Source of the DNA: an uncultured Acidimicrobiales bacterium
GTDB lineage: Bacteria; Actinomycetota; Acidimicrobiia; Acidimicrobiales; Hopanoidiivorantaceae
Assembly: GCA_964514465.1 (NCBI GenBank)
Contig: CAZERQ010000192.1
Location: 1 to 61,748, forward strand
Length of the DNA stretch: 61,748 bases
Reading direction: 5' to 3'
Numbering within the stretch: position 1 is the first letter of the stretch; every line of letters begins with the position of its first letter. The notes beneath the pieces were generated by a model. It did no database searches. It had not been told where the DNA came from and worked only from the letters and a program-made list of their open reading frames with translations. Of this stretch, positions 20,453-30,204 are shown piece by piece. A program made the position numbers and the translations under genes.

Positions 20453-22144
20453 TTAGAACAAGCCGACTATCTCGCCGTCTTCGTCCAGGTCAATGTCAAA
20501 CGCGGCCGGAGCCGAACCCAAACCGGGCATGGTGCGCATGTCGCCGCAGATGGGATACAAAAAGCCCGCCCCGACCGAAGCCCTGACCTCGCGCACCGGC
20601 AGCGTCCAGCCCGTGGGGGCGCCGTTGAGTTTGGGGTCAGACGAAAGCGACAGATGGGTCTTGGCGATGCACACCGGCAGCTTGTCAAAACCGGCCGCGG
20701 TGTAGGTGTCCAACTGGCGCGACGCCGCCGGCGTGTATGACACATCGTCCGCGCCATAGACCTTGGTGGCGACCGCGTGGATCTTGTCTTTCAGCGAGGC
20801 ATCGTCCGGATACAACAGCTCAAAGCTGCTGTCTTCCTGGGCCGCCTCCTCCACGACCTCGGCCAGCCCGGTCGCGCCCGCGCCGCCGTCTGAGAAGTGG
20901 GTGCTGACCGCGCTGCGCACGCCTTCCTCCGCGCAGATCTCGGCGATGGCCGCATGCTCGCTGTCGTGGTCGGTGGGGAAGGCATTGATGGCCACCACGG
21001 GGCTGACGCCATGCAACGCGATGTTTTGGATCTGCTTGCGCAGGTTGGCCGACCCCTCGTGCACCTCGTCTGGATTCTCGGCCAGCATCTCCTCGGGCAG
21101 CGGCCGGCCCGCCACCACGCGGTGCTTGCCCGACTGGCTCTTGAGCGCCCGCACGGTGCACACCAGCACGGCGGCATCGGGCTGCAGACCCGAGACGCGG
21201 CACTTGATGTTGAAGAAGCGCTCGGCTCCCATGTCGGCGCCGAAGCCGGCCTCGGTGATGACATAGTCGCCGCTGTGGATGCCGATCAGGTCGCCCACCA
21301 CCGAAGAGTTGCCGGTGGCGATGTTGCCGAAGGGGCCGGTGTGGACCAGAACGGGGGTCTGCTCCAGGGTCTGCATCAGGTTGGGCTTGAGGGCGTCCTT
21401 GAGGATGACCGCGGCCGAGCCCGCCGCCTTGATGTCTTCGGCCGTAACGGGATCGCCGTCTGGGGTGTAGCCCACCACCACTTGGCCGAGGCGTTGGCGC
21501 ATGTCGGCTTGCGATGTGCTCAGCGCCAGCAGCGCCATGAGCTCGGACGCGGCGGTGATGTCAAAGCCGCTTTGCCGGGGCACCCCGTCCAGGCGAGTCC
21601 CCAGCCCCACCACGATGTTGCGCAGGGCCCGGTCGTTGATGTCGAGCACCCGGCGCCAGGTGATGTTGTGCATGTCCAGGTTGGAGGCGTTGCCGTGATA
21701 GAGGTGGGCGTCGAGCAGGGCGGCGCACATGTTGTGGGCGGCGGTGACCGCATGCATGTCGCCGGTGAGGTGCAAGTTGAGCATCTCCATGGGCACCACC
21801 TGGCTGTGGCCTCCGCCGGCCGCGCCGCCTTTGATGCCAAAGGTCGGGCCCATGGACGGCTGGCGCAAAGTGATCATGGCCGAGCGGTTGATGTGCGAGA
21901 AACCCTGCCCCAGGCCGACGGTGGTGGTGGTCTTGCCTTCGCCGAAAGGGGTGGGGGTGATGGCCGAGACCAGGATGTATTTGGCCCGCGGGCGGTCGGA
22001 CATCTTGTCGATGGCGTCAAGTGAGACCTTGGCGGCGCCTGTGCCGTATGCCTCCAGGCAGTCCTGGGGGATGTTGGCTTTGTCGGCGATCTCAGACAGC
22101 GGGGCGAGCTTGGCCGCCCGGGCGATTTCAAGATCAGATTTCAT
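20453..22144 (-). CDS. fhs: Formate--tetrahydrofolate ligase
   Basis: MKSDLEIARAAKL..., ITPTPFGEGKTTTTVGL, ATGNSSV, LPVCIAKT. Start set at ATG 22144 with GGAGGA 6 nt upstream. The listed 22561 start is an unsupported extension. Confidence 0.92.
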   Translation of the reverse strand: MKSDLEIARAAKLAPLSEIADKANIPQDCLEAYGTGAAKVSLDAIDKMSDRPRAKYILVSAITPTPFGEGKTTTTVGLGQGFSHINRSAMITLRQPSMGPTFGIKGGAAGGGHSQVVPMEMLNLHLTGDMHAVTAAHNMCAALLDAHLYHGNASNLDMHNITWRRVLDINDRALRNIVVGLGTRLDGVPRQSGFDITAASELMALLALSTSQADMRQRLGQVVVGYTPDGDPVTAEDIKAAGSAAVILKDALKPNLMQTLEQTPVLVHTGPFGNIATGNSSVVGDLIGIHSGDYVITEAGFGADMGAERFFNIKCRVSGLQPDAAVLVCTVRALKSQSGKHRVVAGRPLPEEMLAENPDEVHEGSANLRKQIQNIALHGVSPVVAINAFPTDHDSEHAAIAEICAEEGVRSAVSTHFSDGGAGATGLAEVVEEAAQEDSSFELLYPDDASLKDKIHAVATKVYGADDVSYTPAASRQLDTYTAAGFDKLPVCIAKTHLSLSSDPKLNGAPTGWTLPVREVRASVGAGFLYPICGDMRTMPGLGSAPAAFDIDLDEDGEIVGLF

Positions 22145-22316
22145 GGGTGTTCCTCCTGGATGTGTGTGGTTAACTTGTCCAGTTGGCAATTCTAGTGGCT
22201 GGCGCGGACGAGTGCTGGCGCGGACGGGTGCACCGGCGCGGGCGGTGCTGGCGCGGGACGGCTCGGCCACGTTGCGGTTCGGCCACGATGCGCCCACATT
22301 CCTATACGCTGAATTA

Positions 22317-22622
22317 ATGTCTTTATCAAAGTGGCGGGCCGATTGCGACGGCGTGTTCGACAAAGTCAGCCGGCAGCTGGAGCGGCGCGAGCAGTTGTGC
22401 TCCCGGGTGGCAAGCGGCCAGGTTGGGGTGGCCGAGTTGGTGCTGGCGGAGGATCCGGAGCCGCTGGTGTCGGAGACCAAGCTATTGAGTTTGCTGGATT
22501 GCGTGGAGGGGTTGGGCAAGGTGCCGGCGCGCAAGCTGCTGGGCGAAAAGCAGAACCTCAAGGTGGGTCAGTTCTCCCGCCAGGAGCTGCAGCAGTTGAT
22601 GGAAGGGGCCAGTCTTGTCTAG
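22317..22622 (+). CDS. mihF: Integration host factor, actinobacterial type (mIHF-like)
   Basis: ~100 aa, lies immediately upstream of gmk as in other Actinomycetota. SETKLLSLLDCVEGLGKVPARKLL...FSRQELQQL resembles the mIHF helix-hairpin-helix region. It is the in-frame tail of ORF 21729..22622, whose upstream part overlaps fhs. Confidence 0.65.
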   Translation: MSLSKWRADCDGVFDKVSRQLERREQLCSRVASGQVGVAELVLAEDPEPLVSETKLLSLLDCVEGLGKVPARKLLGEKQNLKVGQFSRQELQQLMEGASLV

Positions 22623-23226
22623 CTCGGCTGAAGATCTGGCCGGCCCGCCCGACGGCTCGGCTGTCCCGTCCGGCCCGTCTGAAATCGTGGTGCTGTTCGG
22701 CCCCAGCGGTGTCGGCAAAAGCACCATCGCCAACGAGCTGGCCGAGCAGTGCCCGGATCTGTGGCTGAGCCGCTCATGGACAACCCGCCAGCGCCGCTCG
22801 CAGGAGTCGCCGCAGAGCTACAAGTTCGTTACCGAAGCCGAGTTCCTGGCCCACCGCGATGCCGGTGGATTTTTGGAGTGGGACGAATTCCTGGGCAACT
22901 ATTACGGCACGCCCATGCCCCACGCCCCGGACGGCCAGGATGTGCTGTTGGAGATAACCCTGCACGGGGCCGAACAGATTGTGAAGCAACACCCGGAGGC
23001 GCTGCTGATTTTCGTTGACACGCCGTCCAAGCGGGAGCAAAAGTTCCGGCTCAGACAGCGCGGCGGTTCGGCGTCCAACAGGCGCCGGCGTGTGCGGCGA
23101 AGCAGACAGGAGCGCCAGCAGAGCCAAAAGCTCACCGAAACCCGTGTCATCAACGACGACTTGGTGGAGACGGTGGCACGCATATGTGAGATCATCCAGA
23201 CCTTCCGACTGAACCGATCGCAGTGA
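22615..23226 (+). CDS. gmk: Guanylate kinase
   Basis: VVLFGPSGVGKSTI, SRSWTTR, GNYYGTP. The TTG start at 22615 is uncertain; GTG 22687 is possible. Confidence 0.88.
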   Translation: MSSSAEDLAGPPDGSAVPSGPSEIVVLFGPSGVGKSTIANELAEQCPDLWLSRSWTTRQRRSQESPQSYKFVTEAEFLAHRDAGGFLEWDEFLGNYYGTPMPHAPDGQDVLLEITLHGAEQIVKQHPEALLIFVDTPSKREQKFRLRQRGGSASNRRRRVRRSRQERQQSQKLTETRVINDDLVETVARICEIIQTFRLNRSQ

Positions 23227-23266
23227 TGGCCGGCGGCTGGCGGCTGGCACGCCGGGGCGGGCCGTG

Positions 23267-23295
23267 TGCCAAAATCTCTGATTTGCCTGTATAAT
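23267..23295 (+). promoter_or_regulatory. Candidate promoter for rpoZ
   Basis: Perfect TATAAT at 23290-23295, 56 nt upstream of the rpoZ ATG. The -35 is weak (TGCCAA, 17 nt upstream). Confidence 0.3.
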
Positions 23296-23351
23296 GACAT
23301 CTGCCCCTTTCCCGTCCAATCCAAACGACCCCACTCCCAAAAGGAACAACC

Positions 23352-23690
23352 ATGGCCGAACGCAGCACAATATCCACCCACCAGCTTGAGGAACTGCTGG
23401 ACAAGACCGACTCCAAATTCCTGCTGGTCAGCCTGGCCGCCAAGCGAGCCCGCCAGCTGAACGACTATGCCAACGGTCTGGGCCGCGGCACCGGCAAGAC
23501 CATTCCGCCGCAGGTGGAGGACATCGCCCACAAGCCGCTGACCATCGCCTTCACCGAGATAGCGGCCGACAAGATCAAGGTGGGCGACCCCGAGACGGTC
23601 ACTGCCGAGCCGGTCGCCGCCCCGACCGACACCGCAGACGAAGTGTTCGACATACAGGCTGACTTGGAGAGCCTGGACATCTTCGAATAA
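23352..23690 (+). CDS. rpoZ: DNA-directed RNA polymerase subunit omega
   Basis: LLDKTDSKFLLVSLAAKRARQLNDY. AAGGA Shine-Dalgarno. Conserved gmk-rpoZ order. Confidence 0.9.
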   Translation: MAERSTISTHQLEELLDKTDSKFLLVSLAAKRARQLNDYANGLGRGTGKTIPPQVEDIAHKPLTIAFTEIAADKIKVGDPETVTAEPVAAPTDTADEVFDIQADLESLDIFE

Positions 23691-23753
23691 AATGCGGGCC
23701 CGGCTGGCTGCGTTAGCGTGTCGCCAGTCCAGCCGCACCACTTGAGCCACCCC

Positions 23754-24962
23754 ATGACTCCCCAATCGGTAAACGGCAAATTCATCGTCCTCGGAGTCAG
23801 CGGGGGCATTGCGGCCTACAAAGCCGTGGAGGTCTGCCGCCGGCTGGTTGACCAGGGCGCCCATGTCGCAGTGGCGACCACGCAGGCAGCCCTGCGGTTC
23901 GTGGGCGAAGCCACCTGGCGGGCGCTGTCGTCCGAGCACGTCCACCAAAGCCTGTGGGACGACCCCGACCCGATACCCCACACCCGTCTGGGACAGCAAG
24001 CCGATGCCGTGGTGGTCTGTCCGGCCACCGCCCGGGTCATCGCGGCCTATGCCAACGGGCTGTCCGACGATCTGCTGTCGGCGGTGCTGCTGGCCACGCG
24101 GGCACCGGTGGTGGTCTGTCCGGCCATGCACACCGAAATGTGGGAGCACCCCGCGCTGCAGGCGAACCTGTCGGTGCTGGCCGACCGGGGAGTGCGCATC
24201 ATCCCGCCCGGAGTCGGCAAGTTGGCGGGACAAGACAGCGGAGTGGGGCGACTGGCCGAGCCGGATGAGATTGTGCGCGCCACCGCCGAACTGCTGGCCA
24301 CCGGCAACTCGCTGCGCGGCAAGAAGGTTCTGGTGACGGCCGGCGGCACCCGTGAGCCCATGGATGCCGTCAGGTTCATCGGCAACCGCTCATCGGGCAA
24401 GCAGGGTTATGCCCTGGCCGAAGAAGCCCTGGCGCGCGGCGCCGAAGTCACCCTGGTGGCCACCACCCGGCGCCAGCTGTCGCACGGCATCGAGCTGCGC
24501 CTGGTCGAGACCGCCCAGCAGATGGAAGCGCAGGTGCTGGAGCAGTCGGCCGGCAGCGACATAATGCTGATGGCCGCGGCCGTGGCCGACTTCAGGCCCA
24601 GCCAACCGATCACCCAAAAGCACAAGAAGCGAGACGGCCTGCCCCGCATCGAGCTGGAACCCACGCCCGACATACTTGAGGCTCTGGGGCGCGCCAAGCG
24701 GCCGCACCAGCTGCTGGTCGGGTTCGCGGCCGAGAGCGGCGACGGCGAGCTGTTGGCGGCAGCCGAGGTGAAACTGGCCGCCAAGAACCTGGACATGATC
24801 GTGGCCAACGACATCACCCAGCCCGATGCCGGCTTTGACGCCGACACCAACCAGGTGCTGATCCTCACCCGTCTGGGCGAACGCCAGAACGTCCCGCTTG
24901 GCTCAAAGCGCGAGGTCGCCTCGGTAATATTTAATTCGCTGGAAAAACTCATGGGCGCATAA
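23754..24962 (+). CDS. coaBC: Bifunctional phosphopantothenoylcysteine decarboxylase / phosphopantothenate-cysteine ligase
   Basis: GKFIVLGVSGGIAAYK, PAMHTEMW, VTAGGTREPMDAVRFIGNRSSGKQG, AAAVADFRP. Start is ATG 23754, or GTG 23718 as listed. Confidence 0.9.
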   Translation: MTPQSVNGKFIVLGVSGGIAAYKAVEVCRRLVDQGAHVAVATTQAALRFVGEATWRALSSEHVHQSLWDDPDPIPHTRLGQQADAVVVCPATARVIAAYANGLSDDLLSAVLLATRAPVVVCPAMHTEMWEHPALQANLSVLADRGVRIIPPGVGKLAGQDSGVGRLAEPDEIVRATAELLATGNSLRGKKVLVTAGGTREPMDAVRFIGNRSSGKQGYALAEEALARGAEVTLVATTRRQLSHGIELRLVETAQQMEAQVLEQSAGSDIMLMAAAVADFRPSQPITQKHKKRDGLPRIELEPTPDILEALGRAKRPHQLLVGFAAESGDGELLAAAEVKLAAKNLDMIVANDITQPDAGFDADTNQVLILTRLGERQNVPLGSKREVASVIFNSLEKLMGA

Positions 24963-25001
24963 GGCTCAAAAGACTAGACACAAACCACAAAGGACACTGC
25001 T

Positions 25002-26222
25002 TTGCGAAAATACACCTTCACCTCCGAATCAGTAACCGAAGGCCACCCCGACAAGATGGCCGACCAGATCTCAGACGCGATCCTGGACGCCATGCTGAGC
25101 GACGACCCGATGAGCCGCGTGGCTTGCGAGACTTTTTTGACCACCGGCCTGTGTCTGATTTCAGGCGAGATCACCACCGACACCTGGGTTGACATTCCCA
25201 AGCTGGTGCGCAAGACCATCTGCGACATCGGCTATGACAAGGACGACCTGGGATTTGACGGCAACGTCTGCGGCGTGCTGGTCAGCATCGGCGAGCAGTC
25301 CCCGGATATTGCCCAGGGAATCGCGCATGGAAAGGACGGTGCCCGCGGCGGTGACGGCGACGCCCGCAAAGACGCCGCAGCAGAAGACAGCGAACTGGGC
25401 GCCGGCGACCAGGGCATGATGTTCGGCTTTGCCACCAACGAGAATGAGGAGCATATGCCTGGCGTCTACATGCCCCTGCCGATCCAGCTGGCCCACCGCC
25501 TGGCAGAATGTCTGGCCGAGGTGCGCCGCTCGGGTGTCATTCCGTATCTGCGGCCCGACGGCAAGGTGCAGGTCAGCGTGGATTATGAGGACGGCGTTCC
25601 CAAGTCGGTCTCCAAGGTGCTGATATCCACCCAGCATCTGCCCGGCATCAGTTTGGACAAGTCCATCAAACCCGACCTGTTGGAGTATGTCATCCGCCCG
25701 ACCTTGGGGGAGCGCTTTGCGGTTACGGACGACCAGGTGCTGGTCAACCCCACGGGCAAGTTCGAGATCGGCGGGCCCGTGGCTGACGCCGGGCTGACCG
25801 GCCGCAAGATCATTGTCGACACCTATGGCGGCATGGCCCGGCACGGCGGCGGCGCGTTCAGCGGCAAGGATCCCACCAAGGTTGACCGCTCGGCTGCCTA
25901 TGCTGCGCGCTGGGCTGCCAAGAACCTGGTGGCGTGCGGGGCGGCGGATCGGTGTGAGCTGCAGCTGGCCTATGCCATCGGCAAGGCCGAGCCGTTCTCG
26001 GTGATGATCGAGACGTTCGGCACCGAAAAGGTTGACCCCACCAGGATTGAGCAGGCGCTGTTGGAGGTGTTCGACCTGCGCCCGGCCGCCATCATCGAGC
26101 AGTTGGGTCTGCGCCAGGTCAAATATCAGCAGACCGCGGCCTATGGACATTTCGGGCGAGACATCTTTCCATGGGAGCAGCTCAACCGGACAAAGGAACT
26201 GCGCCGGGCCTTGGGTCTCTAG
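25002..26222 (+). CDS. metK: S-adenosylmethionine synthase
   Basis: [58 protein letters not shown] start. Confidence 0.95.
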   Translation: MRKYTFTSESVTEGHPDKMADQISDAILDAMLSDDPMSRVACETFLTTGLCLISGEITTDTWVDIPKLVRKTICDIGYDKDDLGFDGNVCGVLVSIGEQSPDIAQGIAHGKDGARGGDGDARKDAAAEDSELGAGDQGMMFGFATNENEEHMPGVYMPLPIQLAHRLAECLAEVRRSGVIPYLRPDGKVQVSVDYEDGVPKSVSKVLISTQHLPGISLDKSIKPDLLEYVIRPTLGERFAVTDDQVLVNPTGKFEIGGPVADAGLTGRKIIVDTYGGMARHGGGAFSGKDPTKVDRSAAYAARWAAKNLVACGAADRCELQLAYAIGKAEPFSVMIETFGTEKVDPTRIEQALLEVFDLRPAAIIEQLGLRQVKYQQTAAYGHFGRDIFPWEQLNRTKELRRALGL

Positions 26223-26253
26223 CGCGCAGGCCGACTCTGGGGCGCAAGCCAAC

Positions 26254-28089
26254 TTGAACGAGGCAGTCGAACCCCAGGCGGTAAATGTCGCACTCAAGCC
26301 GGCGGGTCTGGGCAAGTCGCTGACCTACTGGCTGCCCGAGTTGCTCATATCTGATCCCCGCTCAGCTGTCATCCAGCGCGGCACGATGGTGCGGGTGCCG
26401 TTGCAGGGCCGACAGGAGCAGGGCTGGGTGGTGGAGCTGGGGGTTGAGCAGCCGGCTGGGGTGAATCTTTTGAACGTGGGGCGAATCTGGGGGCTGGGCC
26501 CGAGCCGGGAGACAATGGATTTGGCCGACTGGGCCGCGTGGCGCTGGCAGGCCAGCCCGTCCGTGTTCTATTCGCTGGCGTCTCCGCCCAGACGGATAAT
26601 CGGCCTGCCCAAGCCGCTTGGCTCGCGCCCGTCCGGCTCACGCCCAACCCATCCAGACGACAGCCAGCCGCTACGCCGACACTTTGCCCAACCCAAAGAG
26701 ACACTTCTGCAGCTGCCTCCCACCGCCGAGAACTGGAGCCTGATCCACACCGCCTTGTCAACCCGAGCGGCGCTGGTGCTGATGCCCGACAAATGGCGCG
26801 CCGAACGGCTGGTTCAGTTCGCCCGCAGTCAGGGCCACGACTGCGTGCTTTGGCCACAGCAATGGGAGGCAGCCGCCGCCGGAGGTTGTTCGGTGATTGG
26901 CCATCGTTCGGCGGTCTTTGCCAGCATGCCCGAGCTGTCGTGTGTGCTGATGCTGGATGAGCACGACGACAACTACAAGGAGAGTTGGCGCAAGAGTGCC
27001 TGGCACGCCCGGGATGTCGCCCGGGAACGTGCGCTGCGCCAGCGGGTTCCGTTTGTGATGACTTCGCCGGTGCCGAGTTTGTGGGCGCAAAAAAGTGCCG
27101 AGCTGGTGGTGTTGTCCGCGCCTTCGCCGACCGCTGCGCCTTCGCCGGCCGCCGCGCCAACTCCGACCGCCGCGCCAACTCCGACCACTTCCGGCTGGCC
27201 CAAACTCCTCATCGCCGACCTACGCGAGCGCAGCCACGTGGGTCTGTTCTCCCATGAGCTGACCGCAGCTTTGTCGTCCGCCACCAAAGCCGTCTGCGTG
27301 CTCAACCGGGTCGGCCGGGTGAAGCTGCTGGCCTGCGCCGAGTGCCACAATCTGGCCGCCTGCCAAAAATGCGGCGCCAACATGCAACAGACACAGCCCG
27401 GTGCCCTCCAATGCAGCCGCTGCTTGCACGAAGCCCCACAAAGCTGCCCCAAGTGCCGGAGCAAGAAACTCAAAAACCTGCGTGTCGGGGTGTCCAAAGC
27501 GGCGCAAGATCTCAGCCGGCTGCTGCGCGAACCGGTGGGGGAGCTGACCGCCAAAAACCAGCAGGCGCTGCAGAACAGGGTGATACTGGGAACCACCGCG
27601 GCGCTGCGACAGGTCGGCAAATGCGAGCTGGTGGCGTTTTTGGAATTCGACCAGTTCCTGTTGGCGCCTAACTATCGGGCACAGGAAAAAGCCCTGGGGC
27701 ATCTGGCGCAGGCCGCGACACTGGTGAGCGCCGCCGGCCGGATTTTGTTGCAGACCAGACAGCCCGACAGCCCTGTCATACAAGCCGCCGCCACGGGCGA
27801 CCCCAGAGATTTTTCGGCGGCCGACCTGGCACTGCGGACACAGTTGCGTCTGCCCCCCGCAATGGCGGTCGCGCAACTGAGCGGCCCCGACTGCGTGCCC
27901 TACATCGAGCAGCTGCAAAAGCTGGCGCAGGAAAAACCTGGCTTGGCCGAATTGTCAGCCCGGGGGCCCGACACCGACGGCAACTGGCTGCTCAGCGCGC
28001 CCGACCATGAGATTTTGCTCGAGGCTCTGGAGTCCGTGCCGCGCCAGGATCTGGACCTGCGTCTGTGCGTTGACCCCGCGGACATCTAG
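26254..28089 (+). CDS. priA: Primosomal protein N-prime (PriA) homolog with a degenerate ATPase core
   Basis: VRVPLQGRQEQGWVVEL, IGHRSAVFASMPELSCVLMLDEHDDNYKE, Cys-rich zinc region CAECHNLAACQKCGANM...CSRCLHEAPQSCPKCRSKKL. No GxGKT Walker A is visible. The start is uncertain: TTG 26254 is the first start after the metK stop, and the listed 26032 overlaps metK. Confidence 0.75.
   Translation: MNEAVEPQAVNVALKPAGLGKSLTYWLPELLISDPRSAVIQRGTMVRVPLQGRQEQGWVVELGVEQPAGVNLLNVGRIWGLGPSRETMDLADWAAWRWQASPSVFYSLASPPRRIIGLPKPLGSRPSGSRPTHPDDSQPLRRHFAQPKETLLQLPPTAENWSLIHTALSTRAALVLMPDKWRAERLVQFARSQGHDCVLWPQQWEAAAAGGCSVIGHRSAVFASMPELSCVLMLDEHDDNYKESWRKSAWHARDVARERALRQRVPFVMTSPVPSLWAQKSAELVVLSAPSPTAAPSPAAAPTPTAAPTPTTSGWPKLLIADLRERSHVGLFSHELTAALSSATKAVCVLNRVGRVKLLACAECHNLAACQKCGANMQQTQPGALQCSRCLHEAPQSCPKCRSKKLKNLRVGVSKAAQDLSRLLREPVGELTAKNQQALQNRVILGTTAALRQVGKCELVAFLEFDQFLLAPNYRAQEKALGHLAQAATLVSAAGRILLQTRQPDSPVIQAAATGDPRDFSAADLALRTQLRLPPAMAVAQLSGPDCVPYIEQLQKLAQEKPGLAELSARGPDTDGNWLLSAPDHEILLEALESVPRQDLDLRLCVDPADI
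27118..27189 (+). repeat. 4 x 18-nt in-frame tandem repeat inside priA
   Basis: gcgccttcgccgaccgct / gcgccttcgccggccgcc / gcgccaactccgaccgcc / gcgccaactccgaccact, encoding APSPTA APSPAA APTPTA APTPTT. Confidence 0.9.
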
Positions 28090-28122
28090 CCGCCATCTCG
28101 TCCGACACTATAGCCTGTATAT

Positions 28123-28647
28123 ATGGAAATACTGACATACGGCAACCCCACATTGCGGGCCTGCGCCACAGATGTCACAGAGATCGACGCCGATTTTGCG
28201 AGGACTTGCGACTATATGTATGAGGCCATGCTCCAGGCCAAAGGCATCGGTCTGGCCGCTTCGCAAGTGGGCATCCAGCAGCGCTTCTTCGTCTATGACC
28301 CGCAGCTGTTTGAGGATCGCAGCACCCCCAGCGGCGCCCCGCAGGTGCTGATCAACCCGCAGATTCTGGAGGCCGGCGGCGAGTGGGAATATGAGGAAGC
28401 CTGCCTGTCGGTGCCGGGCCTGGCGTGGAACATCGTGCGCCCCAAGGAGCTGCTGGTGCGGGCACTGAACTATGACGGCGAGGAGATCACCTTTGAGGCA
28501 GACGAGCTGTTCGCCCGGCTGATCCAGCATGAGATCGACCATATGAACGGACAGCTGCTGATCGACCTTTTGGACGAGGACGAGAAGCGGGCCGCCAAAA
28601 AGCAGCTGCGCCAGTCGCTCCAAAAGAAGAACCGGCTGCTCGCCTAG
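28123..28647 (+). CDS. def: Peptide deformylase
   Basis: GIGLAASQVG, EACLSVPG, HEIDHMNG. Confidence 0.95.
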   Translation: MEILTYGNPTLRACATDVTEIDADFARTCDYMYEAMLQAKGIGLAASQVGIQQRFFVYDPQLFEDRSTPSGAPQVLINPQILEAGGEWEYEEACLSVPGLAWNIVRPKELLVRALNYDGEEITFEADELFARLIQHEIDHMNGQLLIDLLDEDEKRAAKKQLRQSLQKKNRLLA

Positions 28648-28656
28648 CTCGGGATC

Positions 28657-29601
28657 GTGGGCGGCGGGGGCGTGAGCCAGTTTCCGACTTCGGTTTCCAA
28701 GGTGGCTTTTTTGGGCACCCCGGCGATCGCCGTTCCGTTCCTGGATGCCCTGGCTGAGTCGCCCATTGAAGTGGCGGTTGTGGTTACTGGCCCCGACCGG
28801 CAGCGGGGCAGGGGCAACAAGGTCAGCCCGAGTCCGGTCAAGGCGACGGCCCAAGCCCGCGGTCTGCCGGTTTGCCATGAGGTCTCGGACATTTTGGCAT
28901 ATGAGCCCGATGTGGCCGTGGTGGTGGCGTTCGGACAGCTGATCGGGGCCGAGCTGCTGGAGCGGGTGCCGTTTTGCAACATACACTTTTCGCTGCTGCC
29001 GCGCTGGCGCGGGGCGGCCCCGGTGGAATACGCCATCTTGTCAGGCGATGAGCAGACGGGTGTGTGCCTCATGGCGCTGGAGGAGGGACTGGACTCCGGG
29101 CCGGTATTCGGTTCGGTCGCCACCGATATTGCAGAGGACGAAACCGCCGGTGAGTTGTCTGGCCGGCTGGCGCAGCTGGGTGCCGGCTTGCTGTTGGATA
29201 CGCTCACCGGGGGATTCGGGCTGGCCCAGCCACAGACCGGCGAACCCAGCTGGGCGCCCAAGCTGACGAGTGACGACCGCAAGCTGGTGTGGAGCCGACC
29301 GGCTGAGGAGCTGGCGCGGGTGGTGAGGATAGGTCGGGCTTGGACGACATATGACGACAGACGTTTGATTGTTCATCGGGCGCGGCAAGCGGGCGCGGGC
29401 GCGGACGAACTTGGCGCGGGCGCGGATGAACTTGGCGCGGGCGAGCTGCGCGCCACCAAATCGGCTGTGCTGGTGGGCGCCGGAGATCACAGCGCGCTGG
29501 AACTGCTGGAGGTGCAACCCCAGGGACGCAAGACAATGTCGGCCATTCAGTGGGGCCATGGCCTGCAACCGGGCAGCCCCAGACAGCTAGACATAGGCTA
29601 G
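28657..29601 (+). CDS. fmt: Methionyl-tRNA formyltransferase
   Basis: VAFLGTPAIAVPFL, NIHFSLLPRWRGAAPVEYAI, LEVQPQGRKTMS. Alternative GTG starts at 28657, 28672 and 28702. Confidence 0.9.
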   Translation: MGGGGVSQFPTSVSKVAFLGTPAIAVPFLDALAESPIEVAVVVTGPDRQRGRGNKVSPSPVKATAQARGLPVCHEVSDILAYEPDVAVVVAFGQLIGAELLERVPFCNIHFSLLPRWRGAAPVEYAILSGDEQTGVCLMALEEGLDSGPVFGSVATDIAEDETAGELSGRLAQLGAGLLLDTLTGGFGLAQPQTGEPSWAPKLTSDDRKLVWSRPAEELARVVRIGRAWTTYDDRRLIVHRARQAGAGADELGAGADELGAGELRATKSAVLVGAGDHSALELLEVQPQGRKTMSAIQWGHGLQPGSPRQLDIG

Positions 29602-29626
29602 TTTGCAGCCGAAAGGCAGAACTGAT

Positions 29627-30175
29627 ATGGCAGATTCACATTCCCGCGACCCGGCGCACTCCCACGACCCGGCGCACGCCCAGGCCCACCCGCACGCCCA
29701 AGACCCGGCAGCAACCGGTCTGTCCGCCAAAATCCTGACCGTCTCAGACGGAGTGGCAGCAGGAACCCGAGATGACGCATCCGGTGACGTGCTGGAACAA
29801 CTGCTGAGCGAGCACGGCTATGAGATCGCCGAGCGCAAAATCACATCGGACGGCACCGAGCCCGTCGCCGAAGCGCTGGCAAAAATGGCAGACGGCTTTG
29901 CGGGGCTCATAGTCACCACCGGAGGCACCGGTTTTGGCCCCCGGGATCTGACTCCCGAAGCCACCAGGCAGGTGATACAGCGAGAAGCCCCGGGTCTGGC
30001 AGAAGCCATGCGTCTGGTCAACCCGCTGGGTCGGCTGTCGCGCGCCACTGCCGGCACCTGCGGCACGGCGCTGATTGTCAACACGCCTGGCTCACCCAAA
30101 GGCGCCCGGGAATGTCTGTCGGCCGTTTTGGATGTTTTGCCCCACGCGCTGAAGCTGCTGGCCGGCGAAAGCTAG
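29627..30175 (+). CDS. mog: Molybdenum cofactor biosynthesis protein MogA/MoaB family
   Basis: ILTVSDGVAAGTRDDASGD, IVTTGGTGFGPRDLTPEA, NTPGSPKGARE. His/Pro-rich repetitive N-terminal tail HSRDPAHSHDPAHAQAHPHAQDP. Confidence 0.85.
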   Translation: MADSHSRDPAHSHDPAHAQAHPHAQDPAATGLSAKILTVSDGVAAGTRDDASGDVLEQLLSEHGYEIAERKITSDGTEPVAEALAKMADGFAGLIVTTGGTGFGPRDLTPEATRQVIQREAPGLAEAMRLVNPLGRLSRATAGTCGTALIVNTPGSPKGARECLSAVLDVLPHALKLLAGES

Positions 30176-30204
30176 CCGGCGAAATCCAGTCCATCCCAAT
30201 CCAG

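Noticed and set aside
20897-22024. 375-aa plus-strand ORF inside fhs; likewise 58281..59324(+) and 59388..60206(+) inside ileS, and 47095..48138(+) across murD/ftsW
   Set aside because: These are shadow ORFs of high-GC genes. The opposite or alternative frame carries the conserved fhs, ileS, murD and ftsW motifs.
22145-22316. Possible ZTP (pfl) or other riboswitch in the fhs 5-prime leader
   Set aside because: I read the minus strand and could not find the conserved pfl elements (ACUGGCG-type core and the CCGCCUGGGC 3-prime element). The region is instead made of simple direct repeats. A covariance-model scan would be the definitive test.
25161-26315. 384-aa minus-strand ORF antisense to metK; similar cases are 11235..12161(-), 28108..28986(-), 45157..46098(-) and 43583..44566(-)
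   Set aside because: Same reasoning. These are antisense to strongly supported housekeeping genes, have low-complexity translations and lack start or Shine-Dalgarno context.
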